Below are positions 1 to 10,328 of a DNA stretch of 64,000 nt, in pieces. The stretch lies in NCBI GenBank assembly GCA_963843235.1, contig CAWJJV010000024.1:155590-219589 (forward strand). The letters run 5' to 3'. Every line of letters begins with the position of its first letter. Position 1 is the stretch's first letter. The notes below the pieces were generated by a model. The model ran no database searches. It was not told where the DNA came from and worked only from the letters and a program-made list of their open reading frames with translations. The position numbers were made by a program, and so were the translations under genes. This DNA comes from an uncultured Alphaproteobacteria bacterium (GTDB taxonomy: Bacteria; Pseudomonadota; Alphaproteobacteria; Rhizobiales; Xanthobacteraceae).

Positions 1-1160
1 GCCGCGGGCACGTCGACGGCCAATGCCATCGTCGCCGGCGCACGCGAGGCCCAAACCACGCTGGTCACGGCTTCCGCCGATGCGGCAAGCCAGGTCAAAT
101 CGCTGTCCGCCGACATCGAGCGAACGCCTCTCGGCCGCGGGCACGTCGACGGCCAATGCCATCGTCGCCGGCGCGCGCGAGGCCCAAACCACGCTGGTCA
201 CGGCTTCCGCCGATGCGGCAAGCCAGGTCAAATCGCTGTCCGCCGACATCGAGCAAACCCTCACGGCCGCGGTCACCTCGACGGCCGGTGCCATCGTCGC
301 CGGCGCGCGCGAGGCCCAAACCACGCTGGTCACGGCTTCCGCCGATGCGGCAAGCCAGGTCAAATCGCTGTCCGCCGACATCGAGCGAACTCGCTACTCG
401 ACGGCCGGCATCGTCGGCGGCGCGAGGCCCAAACCAGCTGGTCGCGGCTCGCCGATGCGGCAGGTCAAATCGCTGTCGACGTCGAGCGAACCTCTCGGCT
501 GCGGACGTTGACGGCCAGTGCCATCGTCGCCGGCGCGCGAGGCCCAAACCACGCTGGTCACGGCTTCGGCCGATGCAGCAAGCCAGGTCAAGTCGCTGTC
601 GGCCGATGTCCAGCGCTCGCTGTCCATGGCCGGCATGGCCACCGCCGAGTCGATCACTTCCGGCGCGCGCGAGGCGCAAAGCACCCTGCTGACGGCCTCG
701 GCGGATGCGGCAAACCAGGTCAAGTCGCTGACCGCCGACGTCGAGCGCTCGCTGTCGATCGCCGGCACTTCCACCGTCGAGTTCGATCACCTCCGGCGCA
801 CGCGAGGCACAGAGCACCCTGCTCAACGCATCGTCGGATGCCGCCAACCACGTCAAATCGCTGGCAATCGACGTCGAGCGCACTTTGACGGCGGTCGGAA
901 CCGACACGGCCGCGTCGATCCTGAACAGCGCGCGGGAAGCCCAGAGCTCACTGGCCGCGACCTCGTCCGAGGCGGCCAGCCAGATCAAGGCGATTTCCGC
1001 CGATCTCGAGCGGTCGCTCGGGATCGTCACCGCCAGCACCACCGACAACATCCAAACCACAGCGATCAATGCACAGAGCGTGTTGGTCGCCGCGTCGAAC
1101 GAGGTCAGCTCGAAGATCAAGTCGACCTCAACGGATATCGAGCGCTCGGTTCTCGCCGCC
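1..1160 (+). repeat. Intragenic 132-bp (44-aa) tandem repeat, about 9 units
   Basis: Anchor codon of (R)EAQ at 46, 179, 311, 424, 539, 671, 804, 936 and 1068; spacings 133,132,113,115,132,133,132,132. Confidence 0.9.
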
Positions 1161-3054
1161 AGCGGCGCCTTCGGGTCGACCATGACCGGCAAGACCGACG
1201 AAATCGTCACCTATGTGCAGCAGCAGGCAGAGCGGCTCTCGCAGATGATCGACGGCAAGCGTGGCACGCTGGTCGAGGCCATCGGCTCGAAAGCCAGCCA
1301 GCTCACGGTCGATATCGATCGCGTCACGTCGGATGCGCTGAAAACGATCGAAACCAGAGGACAGGCATTCTCCCAGTCGATGATGACCAACGGATCCGAC
1401 GTCGCGCGGACGATCACCACCGCGGGCGAACTGGCCACCGGCGCGGTCACCAGGTCGCTGAAGGAGATCGAGCAGTCGTCGCGAACGGCAATCGAGCAGT
1501 CGCGTCAGGTTTCGATCGCGGCGGTGACCGAGATGCAGGAAACCAGCAAGATCCTGCGCACCGACACGGTCGCGCTGTTCGAGCGGCTGCGCGAAGGCAA
1601 TATCCTGCTGCAGGAAGTGCTCACCGGCGCGCACGACAACCTCAATTCGCTTGAGCGGGCACTGGTCACCCGGGTGGCCGACTTCGTGTCCGCCATGAAT
1701 GACGTCACCTCGCGCAACGGCGTCGCTACCGAGGCGCTCGAAGACCAGTTGAATGTTTTCAACGGCAAGACCGCCCAGGCACTGCAGGATCTCGGCACGC
1801 TCTCCACCGAGTTCGAGATGCACGGCAGGACGCTGGTGGAAGCGGCCGCCGCGGTCGAGCAAAGCAACCGCAGCACGAACGCTTCCGTCGCGGAACGCAA
1901 AGCGACGCTGGAATCGCTGGTGACCACGATCGATCTGCGCACCACTGATCTCGATCAGCGGCTGTCGCGGTTCACCGGCCTGCTCGACGAATCGCTCGCC
2001 GCCGCGGAAGAGCGTGCCCGCGATATCGCAAGGGTGGTGGCGGAAACCGCCGGTGCGGGTTCAGCCGCGATCGGGCGGCAGTTCGAAGCGGTGCGTGCCT
2101 CGGCCGAGGCGGAACGGCAGCTGACCGCCGACGCCATGACCGAAATCTATCAGCAGAGCACACAGGAAGCGGACGCGATGTTCAAGCAGTCCGCCGACAA
2201 GTTCGCCAGCATGGTCACGAGCATGAAGCAGATGGCCTCGGACATGCATCGTGAGCTGGAAGCCACGCGCAGCGAACTGCGCCGCGGCGTGCTGGAAATG
2301 CCGCAGGAGGCCGCCGAGAGCACCTCGCAGATGCGCAAGGTCATCGTCGACCAGATCGAGGCGCTGGCCGAGTTGAACCGGATCGTGGCACGCCACGGCC
2401 GCGGGCTTGATGTGGTGAGTAGCGGCCGCCCGAGCGCGCAGCGCGAGGATGAGCCGATGCTGGCCGCGATCGGCGGTCGCGCCGAGACACCGTCGCGGTC
2501 GGCCGCCGCCGCGCATGCGCGAGGCCAGCAGTGCCTCGACCCTGCCGCCGCCGGACCTCGGCGTGCCTGCGTCGCGACGCGCGGAAGCGCCGCCGGTCAG
2601 CCCCGCCGGCTCCGAGGCCAGTAATGACGGATGGCTCTCCGGGCTGTTGAACCGCGCCGACGCCGGCAACACCCAGGACCTTCCGCGCGGTCGTCCGCCG
2701 CAGCAGGCCGCAAGCAGCAATCCGCTGGAATCGTTGTCGCTCGACATCGGACGCCTGATGGATCGCAGCCTTGCCACCGAAATGTGGGATCGCTATCAGC
2801 GCGGCGAGAGCAAGGCCTTCACCAAGCGGCTCTACACGCCGGCCGGCCAGAAGGCTTTCGATGAAGTCGCCCGCAAATATCGCGCCGACCGCAATTTCAA
2901 GCTGACGGTCGACCGCTACATCACCGAGTTCGAGCGCCTGCTCGACGAAGTCGCACGCGAGGAGCGTGGCCCGCAAATGCTGCGCAGCCACCTCACCTCG
3001 GAGACCGGCATGGTCTACACCCTGCTCGCGCACGCGGCGGGCCGGCTGGGGTAA
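1..3054 (+). CDS. rgsE: 3' part of a very large coiled-coil/apolipoprotein-like repeat protein, GPR (growth pole ring)/RgsE-like; open at the window edge, several apparent frameshifts
   Basis: ORF pieces 23..511, 518..1654, 885..2624 and 2449..3054 join into one Ala/Ser/Thr-rich helical protein. The C-terminus (LDIGRLMDRSLATEMWDRYQRGE...YTLLAHAAGRLG) resembles, from memory, the rhizobial GPR/RgsE C-terminal domain. Breaks near 128, 385-510, 782 and 2515. Confidence 0.65.
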
Positions 3055-3084
3055 AACGCGACTAGCGAGTGGCGAATAGCGAAT

Positions 3085-3119
3085 AAAAAACGGAGGCAGC
3101 GATGCCTCCGTTTTGTTTT
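3085..3119. terminator. Bidirectional intrinsic terminator
   Basis: AAAAAA-CGGAGGCA-gcga-TGCCTCCG-TTTTGTTTT between convergent genes. Confidence 0.8.
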
Positions 3120-3146
3120 GGCTTAAACGTCCGGTATGAAACATGC

Positions 3147-3261
3147 CGTCATTCCGGACGACGCGAAGCGGCGATCCGGAATCCCGAGATGGTGGCGCGA
3201 TGATTCCCGATGCGCAATTGCGCATCTGAGGTCTGGTCCCTTGGACCATCCCGGAATGACG
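3147..3261. repeat. Palindromic intergenic element with GTCATTCCGG...CCGGAATGAC ends (RPE/MITE-like)
   Basis: Terminal inverted repeats cgtcattccgg / ccggaatgacg with inner hairpins. Confidence 0.75.
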
Positions 3262-3321
3262 AACTTCTCATCAGCCGCACAAGCACGGCGAGCGGATCAG
3301 AGAAAATATGAATATCAATAT

Positions 3322-3414
3322 CCCGGATGTCGCTTCGCTCATCCGGGCTACGATCGCTAGCAATATCTTCCACGTGGCAATAATGGCGGATTACGCTTCG
3401 CTAATCCGCCCTAC
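3322..3414 (-). repeat. Two GTAG-type REP hairpins (3322-3351, 3385-3414)
   Basis: Minus strand GTAG-CCCGGATGAGCGAAGCGACATCCGGG and GTAG-GGCGGATTAGCGAAGCGTAATCCGCC: GTAG tetranucleotide followed by an imperfect palindrome. Confidence 0.75.
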
Positions 3415-3461
3415 GGCATGCGACGGATTAGTCGAGTAGCTTCCGGTCCCCACCCGGAACG

Positions 3462-4325
3462 CTACGGCCGCCTCCGCTCGGGCGCCGGCGGCGTGGGTGC
3501 GGGCACCGGGGTGCTGTTTCCCGCGCCGAACAACAGCCGCGTCGGGTTTCGATCGAGGTTGTTCACCGCGCGGCTGATATCGCCCAGCGTCCGGCGGCCA
3601 TCGGTCATCAAAGCCCCCGATCGCTTGTCGAAATCCTCGGCCAGTTCGCGGATCGACTTCACCGTCAGGAACAGCTCGCCACCGTCCTTGCCGCCGGCCA
3701 GCGTGTTGAGGCCGAGCATGAGGTTGTCGGCCTTCGCCATCACGCCGTCGACCTTCAGCATGACGTTGTCGATCTTCTCGGAATTGCGCGCCAGCGACGC
3801 CGTGAAGGTCTCGAGGTTACGCAGCGAGTTCTTGACCGCTTCCTGATTGTCGGCGACCACCCGGTTGATGTTCTGCAGCGTGCCGCGGATCGCCTCGGTC
3901 ACGTCCTGCAAACCGTTCGGGTCGGCCGTCAGCACCGGGATGCCATCCTCGTCCAGGGGAACGCTGGGCGCGGCCTCCTCGCCGCCCTTCAGCGAGATCG
4001 CGGCGACCCCGGTCAGGCCCTGAAATTCGAGGCCCACCAGCGTGTCCTTGCGGATCGGCGCACTGTTCTCGATCATCGCGAGCGCGACCACCCGGCGCGG
4101 GTTGTCGAGTTTTACGGAGATGACCTCCCCCACCCGGATACCATTAAAGTTCACACTGCCGCCGTTGCGCAGCCCCGATGCCGGGCCTTCGAATACGATC
4201 CGCAGCGGCGTCCTCGCCTTGGTGGTGTGGAGACTCTGAAACCACATGACGAAGCCGAACGCCGCGGCGATCACCGCCAGCGTGAACGATCCGATCAGGA
4301 CGAAGTTCGCCCGCGTTTCCATCAA
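3462..4325 (-). CDS. mlaD: MlaD/MCE family protein
   Basis: METRANFVLIGSF TM anchor, GLRNGGSVNFNGIRVGEV MCE motif, then helical region. Confidence 0.9.
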   Translation of the reverse strand: MMETRANFVLIGSFTLAVIAAAFGFVMWFQSLHTTKARTPLRIVFEGPASGLRNGGSVNFNGIRVGEVISVKLDNPRRVVALAMIENSAPIRKDTLVGLEFQGLTGVAAISLKGGEEAAPSVPLDEDGIPVLTADPNGLQDVTEAIRGTLQNINRVVADNQEAVKNSLRNLETFTASLARNSEKIDNVMLKVDGVMAKADNLMLGLNTLAGGKDGGELFLTVKSIRELAEDFDKRSGALMTDGRRTLGDISRAVNNLDRNPTRLLFGAGNSTPVPAPTPPAPERRRP

Positions 4326-4363
4326 ACCAACTCCGGTACCAAATCTGACGAGGCCAATGCCGA

Positions 4364-4468
4364 GCAGCCCAATATCGCTTAGCGCAAGATCAATTAGCCC
4401 AAGATCCCTTAGCGCATGATCACTTAGCCCAGGATAACTTAACCCAGGATCACTTAACCCATGACGGC
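4364..4468 (-). repeat. 15-bp tandem repeat of the last five codons of mlaF including TAA
   Basis: Units at 4379, 4394, 4409, 4424, 4439 and 4454 (ttagcgcaagatcaa, ttagcccaagatccc, ttagcgcatgatcac, ttagcccaggataac, ttaacccaggatcac, ttaacccatgacggc), plus a degenerate unit at 4364. Confidence 0.9.
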
Positions 4469-5224
4469 GCGGGCACGCTTGCCGTGGAAATAGGCCCTCA
4501 ACCAGGGATGCTGTGAGGCCTGCATGTCGGCCATCGATCCCGCGGCAATGATCTTACCGTTCCCTAAAACGGCAATGCGGTCGCAAGCGGTGTAAAGGCT
4601 GTCCAAATCGTGGGTTACCATGAAAACGGTCAGCCCCAAAGTACGCTGCAGGGTCCGGACCAGTTCGTCGAAGTCGCCGGCACCGATCGGATCGAGGCCG
4701 GAGGTCGGTTCATCGAGGAACACGAGTTCCGGATCGAGCGCGAGCGCGCGCGCCAGCGCCACGCGCTTGATCATGCCGCCGGAGAGTTCCGAGGGGAAAC
4801 GATCGGCCACTTCGGGGCGCAATCCGACCATGCCGAGCTTGGCCTCTGTGATCTCGTCAAGCAATCGCTGCGAGACTTTCAGATATTCGCGCACCGGGAA
4901 CTGGATGTTCTGCCGCACGGTCAGCGAGGAAAACAGCGCGCCCTGCTGAAACAAAATGCCCCAGCGCCGCTCGACGCCGCGCCGCGCCTTGGCGTCGGCG
5001 GCATCGAGATCGATCCCGAACACCTCGATGCGGCCGCGGGTTTTCGGCACGAGGCCGATGATGGTGCGCGTCAGCACCGATTTGCCGGAACCGGAAGGTC
5101 CGACGAAGCCGAGAATTTCGCCGCGCTTCACGTCGAGGTCGAGCCCGTCCAGCACCTTGGTGGCGCCGAATTGCACCGCGATATCGCGAACCCGGATGAT
5201 GGCGTCGGAGATTTCAGGCGCCAT
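4454..5224 (-). CDS. mlaF: ABC transporter ATP-binding protein, MlaF/Mkl family
   Basis: GPSGSGKS Walker A, LSGGM signature, FLDEPT Walker B; start MAPEISD at 5224 (the ORF-track extension upstream is not coding). Confidence 0.9.
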   Translation of the reverse strand: MAPEISDAIIRVRDIAVQFGATKVLDGLDLDVKRGEILGFVGPSGSGKSVLTRTIIGLVPKTRGRIEVFGIDLDAADAKARRGVERRWGILFQQGALFSSLTVRQNIQFPVREYLKVSQRLLDEITEAKLGMVGLRPEVADRFPSELSGGMIKRVALARALALDPELVFLDEPTSGLDPIGAGDFDELVRTLQRTLGLTVFMVTHDLDSLYTACDRIAVLGNGKIIAAGSMADMQASQHPWLRAYFHGKRARAVMG

Positions 5225-5226
5225 CG

Positions 5227-6360
5227 TCACATTCCGATCGATGCGAAGAAGATCGCGAATACGCCATCCATCACGATGACGAAGAAGATGCCCTTCACCA
5301 CGGAGGACGTGGTGTGCTGTCCGAGCGACTCGGCACTGCCCTCGACCGCGAGCCCCTCGACGCAGGCGACGATTCCGATCACCGCCGCCATCACCGGCGC
5401 CTTGACGATGCCGACGATGAAGTGGTTGATCGAAATCGCATCGCGCAGGCGAAGCAGGAACGCTTCCGGATCGACGCCGCCGTAGAGCCACGCCACCAGC
5501 CCGCCGCCATACAGCGCCGCCATGGCGCCGAGAAACGCCAGGATCGGCAGCGCGATGATCAAGGCCAGCATCCTCGGCAGCACCAGCACCTCGATCGGGT
5601 CGAACCCCATGGTGCGCAGCGCGTCGATCTCCTCGCGCATCTTCATGGAGCCGAGTTCGGCGGTGTAGGCGCTGCCCGAGCGGCCCGCCACCATGATCGC
5701 CACCAGCAGCACGCCGATCTCGCGCAGCACCAGCACGCCCAGCATGTCGACCACGAAGATGTCGGCGCCGAATCTGCGAAAATGAAAGATGCCCTGCTGG
5801 GCGATGATGCAGCCGATCAGAAAGGTGATGAGGGCGACGATCGGCACCGCGCGCCAGCACACCTGTTCGAGATGATGCACGGTCGAGGTCAGGCGGAAGG
5901 TTGACGGGCGAATCAGGACCCTGCCGGTCGCGGCAAGCACGGCGCCGAGCATGTCGATCAACTGCACGATGGTGGTGCCGAAGCCGGCGACGCTGCGGCC
6001 GAGTTGGTCCAGCATTCCCGTGATGGTCAGGGACGTCGTATCGACGGCCGGCGCGGCTTCCACCCGCCGCACCTCGTCGACCAGGCTGGAGTAGTTTTCG
6101 GAGAGCCCGGCGATCGTCGCCTCAGCGCCGCCGTGGGCCAGGCTGCGGCGCAGCCGCTCGATCAGCCAGGCGCCGAAGGTGTCGAGCTTGGAGACCCCCG
6201 ACACATCGATGAAGATGTTGGGCCGGCTTCCCGTCAGCTTTTCGGCGTCGGCGACGATCTGTTCGAGCACCGGCGCAAAGCGGGCGGTCCACGACCCCGC
6301 GGCGCACAGCGCCAGCCCATTGCCCTGCGCAATGCGCTCCAATGTCGGGTCGCCGCTCAC
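5227..6360 (-). CDS. mlaE: MlaE family permease with N-terminal STAS domain
   Basis: IDVSGVSKLDTFGAWL STAS-like; LREIGVLLVAIMVAGRSGSAYTAELGSMKMREEIDAL MlaE motif. Confidence 0.9.
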   Translation of the reverse strand: MSGDPTLERIAQGNGLALCAAGSWTARFAPVLEQIVADAEKLTGSRPNIFIDVSGVSKLDTFGAWLIERLRRSLAHGGAEATIAGLSENYSSLVDEVRRVEAAPAVDTTSLTITGMLDQLGRSVAGFGTTIVQLIDMLGAVLAATGRVLIRPSTFRLTSTVHHLEQVCWRAVPIVALITFLIGCIIAQQGIFHFRRFGADIFVVDMLGVLVLREIGVLLVAIMVAGRSGSAYTAELGSMKMREEIDALRTMGFDPIEVLVLPRMLALIIALPILAFLGAMAALYGGGLVAWLYGGVDPEAFLLRLRDAISINHFIVGIVKAPVMAAVIGIVACVEGLAVEGSAESLGQHTTSSVVKGIFFVIVMDGVFAIFFASIGM

Positions 6361-6491
6361 GATGCCAACTCCTGTGCTGATTCCCGGCTATGCATGGGAT
6401 GAAAGTTCCAACGCGCCCCGCCGCTTGTGGAAACGGTCGCACAGCGGATGGCTTTTCTCCGAATCGCCATTCCGCTCTGCCTTATTTTTTC

Positions 6492-6538
6492 AGCATGATC
6501 TTTTCGGAAAACCGGTGTCCACTTTTCCGGATCATGCT
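6492..6538. repeat. ~47-bp palindromic intergenic repeat (AGCATGATC...GATCATGCT)
   Basis: agcatgatcttttcggaaaaccggtgtccacttttccggatcatgct, 9-bp terminal inverted repeat; recalled as a common rhizobial repeat. Confidence 0.75.
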
Positions 6539-6600
6539 TTAACCAGCCATACTTGGTTGCGCCGGGCAAGGTTATGATTCAGGAATTGCCAGATTTTAAA

Positions 6601-7596
6601 ATGACTTCCAGCCAGTTCCCAAAGCTCAAGGCCCGAATCGAACGCTGGCCGATCGCCGGCGCCTTCACCATCAGCCGCGGCGCCAAGACCGAGGCGGTGA
6701 CGGTGGTGGCGGAAGTCAGCCGCGACGGCCTGACCGGACGCGGCGAATGCGTTCCCTATCCGCGCTACGGCGAGACGCCGGAAGCCGCACTGGACGCCCT
6801 CAAATCGATGCGGGAGCCGTTGCGGCGCGGGCTCGACCGCGCGGCCCTGCAAACCGCGATGCCGGCCGGCGCCGCCCGCAACGCGCTGGATTGCGCGTGG
6901 CTGGACCTCGAGGCCAAGACCAGGGGCCTGCGCGTCTGGGACATGCTCGGACGCCCCGCGCCGTGGCCCTGCACCACCGCCTACACCATCTCGCTGGGAA
7001 CGCCGGAGGCGATGGCGGCGGCGACCGCAAAGGCCGCGCACCGGCCGCTGCTCAAGATCAAGCTCGGCGGCGACGGCGACGGCGCGCGGATCGCTGCGGT
7101 GCGCAAGGAGGCGCCCGAATCCGAACTCATCGTCGACGCCAACGAGGCTTGGACACCGGACAATCTCGAGCAAAATCTCGCCGCCTGCGCCGAAGTCGGC
7201 GTCACCCTGGTCGAGCAACCGCTTCCCGCCGGCCGGGATGAGGCGCTGGCACGCATCCAACGGCCGCTCACCGTCTGCGCCGACGAAAGCGTGCACGATC
7301 GCGCCACGCTGGCGGGACTGCGCGAGCGCTATGATGCCGTCAACATCAAGCTCGACAAGACCGGCGGGCTGACGGAAGCGCTTGAGATGGCCGATGCCGC
7401 CCGCGCGCTCGGATTCGAGATCATGGTCGGCTGCATGGTCGCGACCTCGCTGGCGATGGCGCCGGCGATGCTGCTGGCGCCCGATGCCCGCTTCGTCGAT
7501 CTCGACGGTCCCCTGCTGCTGGCGCGCGACCGCGAGGGCGGCTTGCGCTACGACGGCAGCCTGGTCTATCCGCCCGACGCCGCACTTTGGGGGTGA
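6601..7596 (+). CDS. dgcA: Dipeptide epimerase / N-acetyl-D-Glu racemase (enolase superfamily, YcjG/DgcA)
   Basis: FTISRGAKT, LKIKLG, VDANEAW, VEQPL, ADES, NIKLDKTGGLT, MVGCM motifs. Confidence 0.8.
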   Translation: MTSSQFPKLKARIERWPIAGAFTISRGAKTEAVTVVAEVSRDGLTGRGECVPYPRYGETPEAALDALKSMREPLRRGLDRAALQTAMPAGAARNALDCAWLDLEAKTRGLRVWDMLGRPAPWPCTTAYTISLGTPEAMAAATAKAAHRPLLKIKLGGDGDGARIAAVRKEAPESELIVDANEAWTPDNLEQNLAACAEVGVTLVEQPLPAGRDEALARIQRPLTVCADESVHDRATLAGLRERYDAVNIKLDKTGGLTEALEMADAARALGFEIMVGCMVATSLAMAPAMLLAPDARFVDLDGPLLLARDREGGLRYDGSLVYPPDAALWG

Positions 7597-8765
7597 TCGG
7601 CCAACCGGTGCCGGGCAAGCCAAATCACGACGGCACCGGTAAACGCCATTACGGCCATGACGTAATAAACGCCCTGCCCGTACCGCGCATAGACTGCACC
7701 GGACACGATCGACGCGCTGCCGCTGACGATACCAGTGCAGGCCGCGAGGTAACCCTGCCCGCGCGCCATCGTATGGCTGGGAACGCGATAAACCAGCAGG
7801 CTCATGATTCCGACCTGCGTCAGTCCAAACGTCAGTCCGTGCACCAATTGGACCAGTGCGAGCCATGCAAGCGACGGCTCTTGCGCGGTCAACGTCCAGC
7901 GGCCGACAGCGCTGAGCGCACCGATCAACACCATGGTCGCGGGCGCCAGCGTAAAGCGCGGCGACAGCGCGAAAACCACGATTTCGGCCATCACACCGAG
8001 CGACCACAGCCCCGCGATGGTAAGTCCGCCAAAACCGGAAGCCTGCCACGTAATGGAGCCGAACGCATAGTAAGCGGCGTGGCTGCCCTGAATCAGGGCC
8101 GAGGCGATGATGATGGCCAAAAAGCCGGGGTCGCGAAGCAGCGCGCTCGCGCGGTGAACCGCTGTCGGAACGGCCGCCGGGTGGTCGAGCGGCTGAAGTC
8201 CAAGACCAATGACTGCACCGAGGCCCGCCATCGCGGCAATGATCCAGATCAGATGCCGCGCCGCGATGATGTCGACCAGGAATCCACAGGCCAGCGCGCC
8301 CAGGATAAAGGCCACCGAGCCCCACAGCCGCAACGGCCCGTAATCCAGGCCGTAGCGTGCCACGCCGCGCAGCGCGTAGGCGTCCGTCAGCGGTACCATC
8401 GGCGTCCATACGCACGCGGTGACCACAAACAGAAGGAATACCAGAAGCGGCTGATGCTGCATTCCGATGATGCTAAATCCGAGCGCGGTGGCGAATGCCG
8501 TGACCATCATGGCGCCACGCACCGCCTGCCGGCGTTCGGCCAGGGCGGTTATGAACGGCAGCACCGTGAACCGCGTCACCGACGGCGCCGCGGCGATCAT
8601 CCCGATCCACGACGGGTCGATCCCAATCGCTTTCAGCCATACCGGAAAGAACGGCAGATAGGTGCCCCCGAGGCCGAACGTCGTGCCGTAGAATAAGCTC
8701 AGCCAGGCGGCGAATCGCTTGGGCGCGTCCCGAGACGCGATGGGGATTTGTGATTCGGCTGCCAT
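7566..8765 (-). CDS. MFS transporter (HcaT/MFS_1-like)
   Basis: About 12 hydrophobic segments; YLPFFPVWL and YGPLRLWGS motifs; start MAAESQ at 8765; overlaps the dgcA end by 31 bp. Confidence 0.85.
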   Translation of the reverse strand: MAAESQIPIASRDAPKRFAAWLSLFYGTTFGLGGTYLPFFPVWLKAIGIDPSWIGMIAAAPSVTRFTVLPFITALAERRQAVRGAMMVTAFATALGFSIIGMQHQPLLVFLLFVVTACVWTPMVPLTDAYALRGVARYGLDYGPLRLWGSVAFILGALACGFLVDIIAARHLIWIIAAMAGLGAVIGLGLQPLDHPAAVPTAVHRASALLRDPGFLAIIIASALIQGSHAAYYAFGSITWQASGFGGLTIAGLWSLGVMAEIVVFALSPRFTLAPATMVLIGALSAVGRWTLTAQEPSLAWLALVQLVHGLTFGLTQVGIMSLLVYRVPSHTMARGQGYLAACTGIVSGSASIVSGAVYARYGQGVYYVMAVMAFTGAVVIWLARHRLADHPQSAASGG

Positions 8766-8840
8766 CAATTTGATTGCGATTCGCTTAATATCGTGATGAT
8801 CGTTAACGTAACGCGCGGTGATTTGCGCGATGAGTTTATC

Positions 8841-10111
8841 ATGGCCCACGAAGCATTTGCCCTGTCGCCGATCTCCGCTCGCGCAACCCAGCCGAGCGAG
8901 GAAGATTACGACGCGATCAACGCGGCCTTCATGGAGACGGCGCGGGGCCGCTGGTTTCTCGGCGAATTCGCCAAGCGCAACCGCAACGCCGACACCCGCC
9001 TGGTGCTCGACGCAGTGGCGCGGGTCGAACAGACGCTCGCCGCCCAGAACCAGCCGGACCCTGACAGCGGACGCGCGGAGGCGTTGGCCGCCATCAGGGC
9101 AGCGCTGAATGAAGCGCGCGTCGCCGCCGCGCTCGCCCTCGATAGCCTGGCGCTGGAGGACAATCTGGCGCCAGTGCGCAAGGGCGCCCGGATCATCAAG
9201 GAAATCTCCTGGCGGTGGCGGGAGATCGGCGCCGACGGCCGGATTTGCGATCTGATCGATTCCCAGCTCAGCGCCATCGAAGCGGGTTGCGGTCACATCT
9301 CGTCAGTGGACCCGCGGGGCGCCTTGAGCGCCGCATTCGACCTGGTCAACGAAAGCATCGCCGCGTTTGACAAGGACGACCACGCGGCCTCCGAGGCCGG
9401 CAGGGAAGCCGTATCGTCGCCCTCCTCGAATCCATGGGCGCCCCCTTCGGACGAAATGCTTGCCGCCGCCATGGCGCGGGGCCGGACCGCGTCGGGCGAA
9501 GCCGAAGCCGCCGCAACCGCCCAGGCCATGCCGGTCGAGCCGGCGGTTGCGACTGTGGAAGGCGCGGACGCGGAAGCCGTCGGTGCGACTGCGCGGCCGA
9601 CGTGACGGCCGAAGCGGCAGACGTGACAGCAAACGCCGAAGCCGGCGCGACGACCGACCTCTCAGACATGACGGCGGAAGCGGCTGAGGCCCATGACGAC
9701 GCGGTGCTCGATCTGATCGCGGCTGAAATGGGAGCGCCGGACCCGTCCGACGACGATCTCGACACCGACAGCCCCGAAACCTATCCCGTCAGCTCATCGC
9801 CGACCGAACTCGAGCCTATCGCCGCGACTTCAGAAGCGTCGACGTCACAAGCGTCGACTGCAGAGGCACCGGCCGCACCCGCGATCTCGCCGGCCATTCA
9901 GCCGCTTCCGGCATCGCTGCAGCCGTCCTTCGAACCCTCGCCCGCATCTGGAGTTGAGCCGGAACCTTCACCTGGAATTTCACGCGAAGTCTCTCTCGGT
10001 TCGACTCTGGTCGCGAACGGAATCGTGCGTCGGCCCGCGACATCGGCCACAGACCCGCTGGCGGCGATCCGGCGCTTGAGCCAGGCCGAGAAGATCGCGC
10101 TGTTCTCCTAA
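8841..10111 (+). CDS. Conserved rhizobial protein, CheZ-like N-domain plus acidic linker and short C-terminal helix; frameshift near 9590
   Basis: AFMETARGRWFLGEFAKRNRNADT block; ORFs 8793..9605 and 9434..10111; ends DPLAAIRRLSQAEKIALFS. Confidence 0.55.
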
Positions 10112-10328
10112 TCTTCTGCAACTGTGCCAGCGGGCAACTACGTGCGCCGACGGCATCACCCTTTGTCTGCTCCGAGCCGTCGCAAGCACGGCTTGCAACG
10201 AGCAGGCGAGGCTTTTTCCTGGAATTTCGCGAGCGCTGTTTCACAGACCCGATGCATCTGCACATCGGCCAAAATCGCGTGGATCGATTTTGGATGGAAA
10301 CGATATGGTCCCCTGCGTCGACGCAGGG

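Noticed and set aside
4364-4468. CRISPR array
   Set aside because: 15-bp contiguous units with no spacers and no cas genes.
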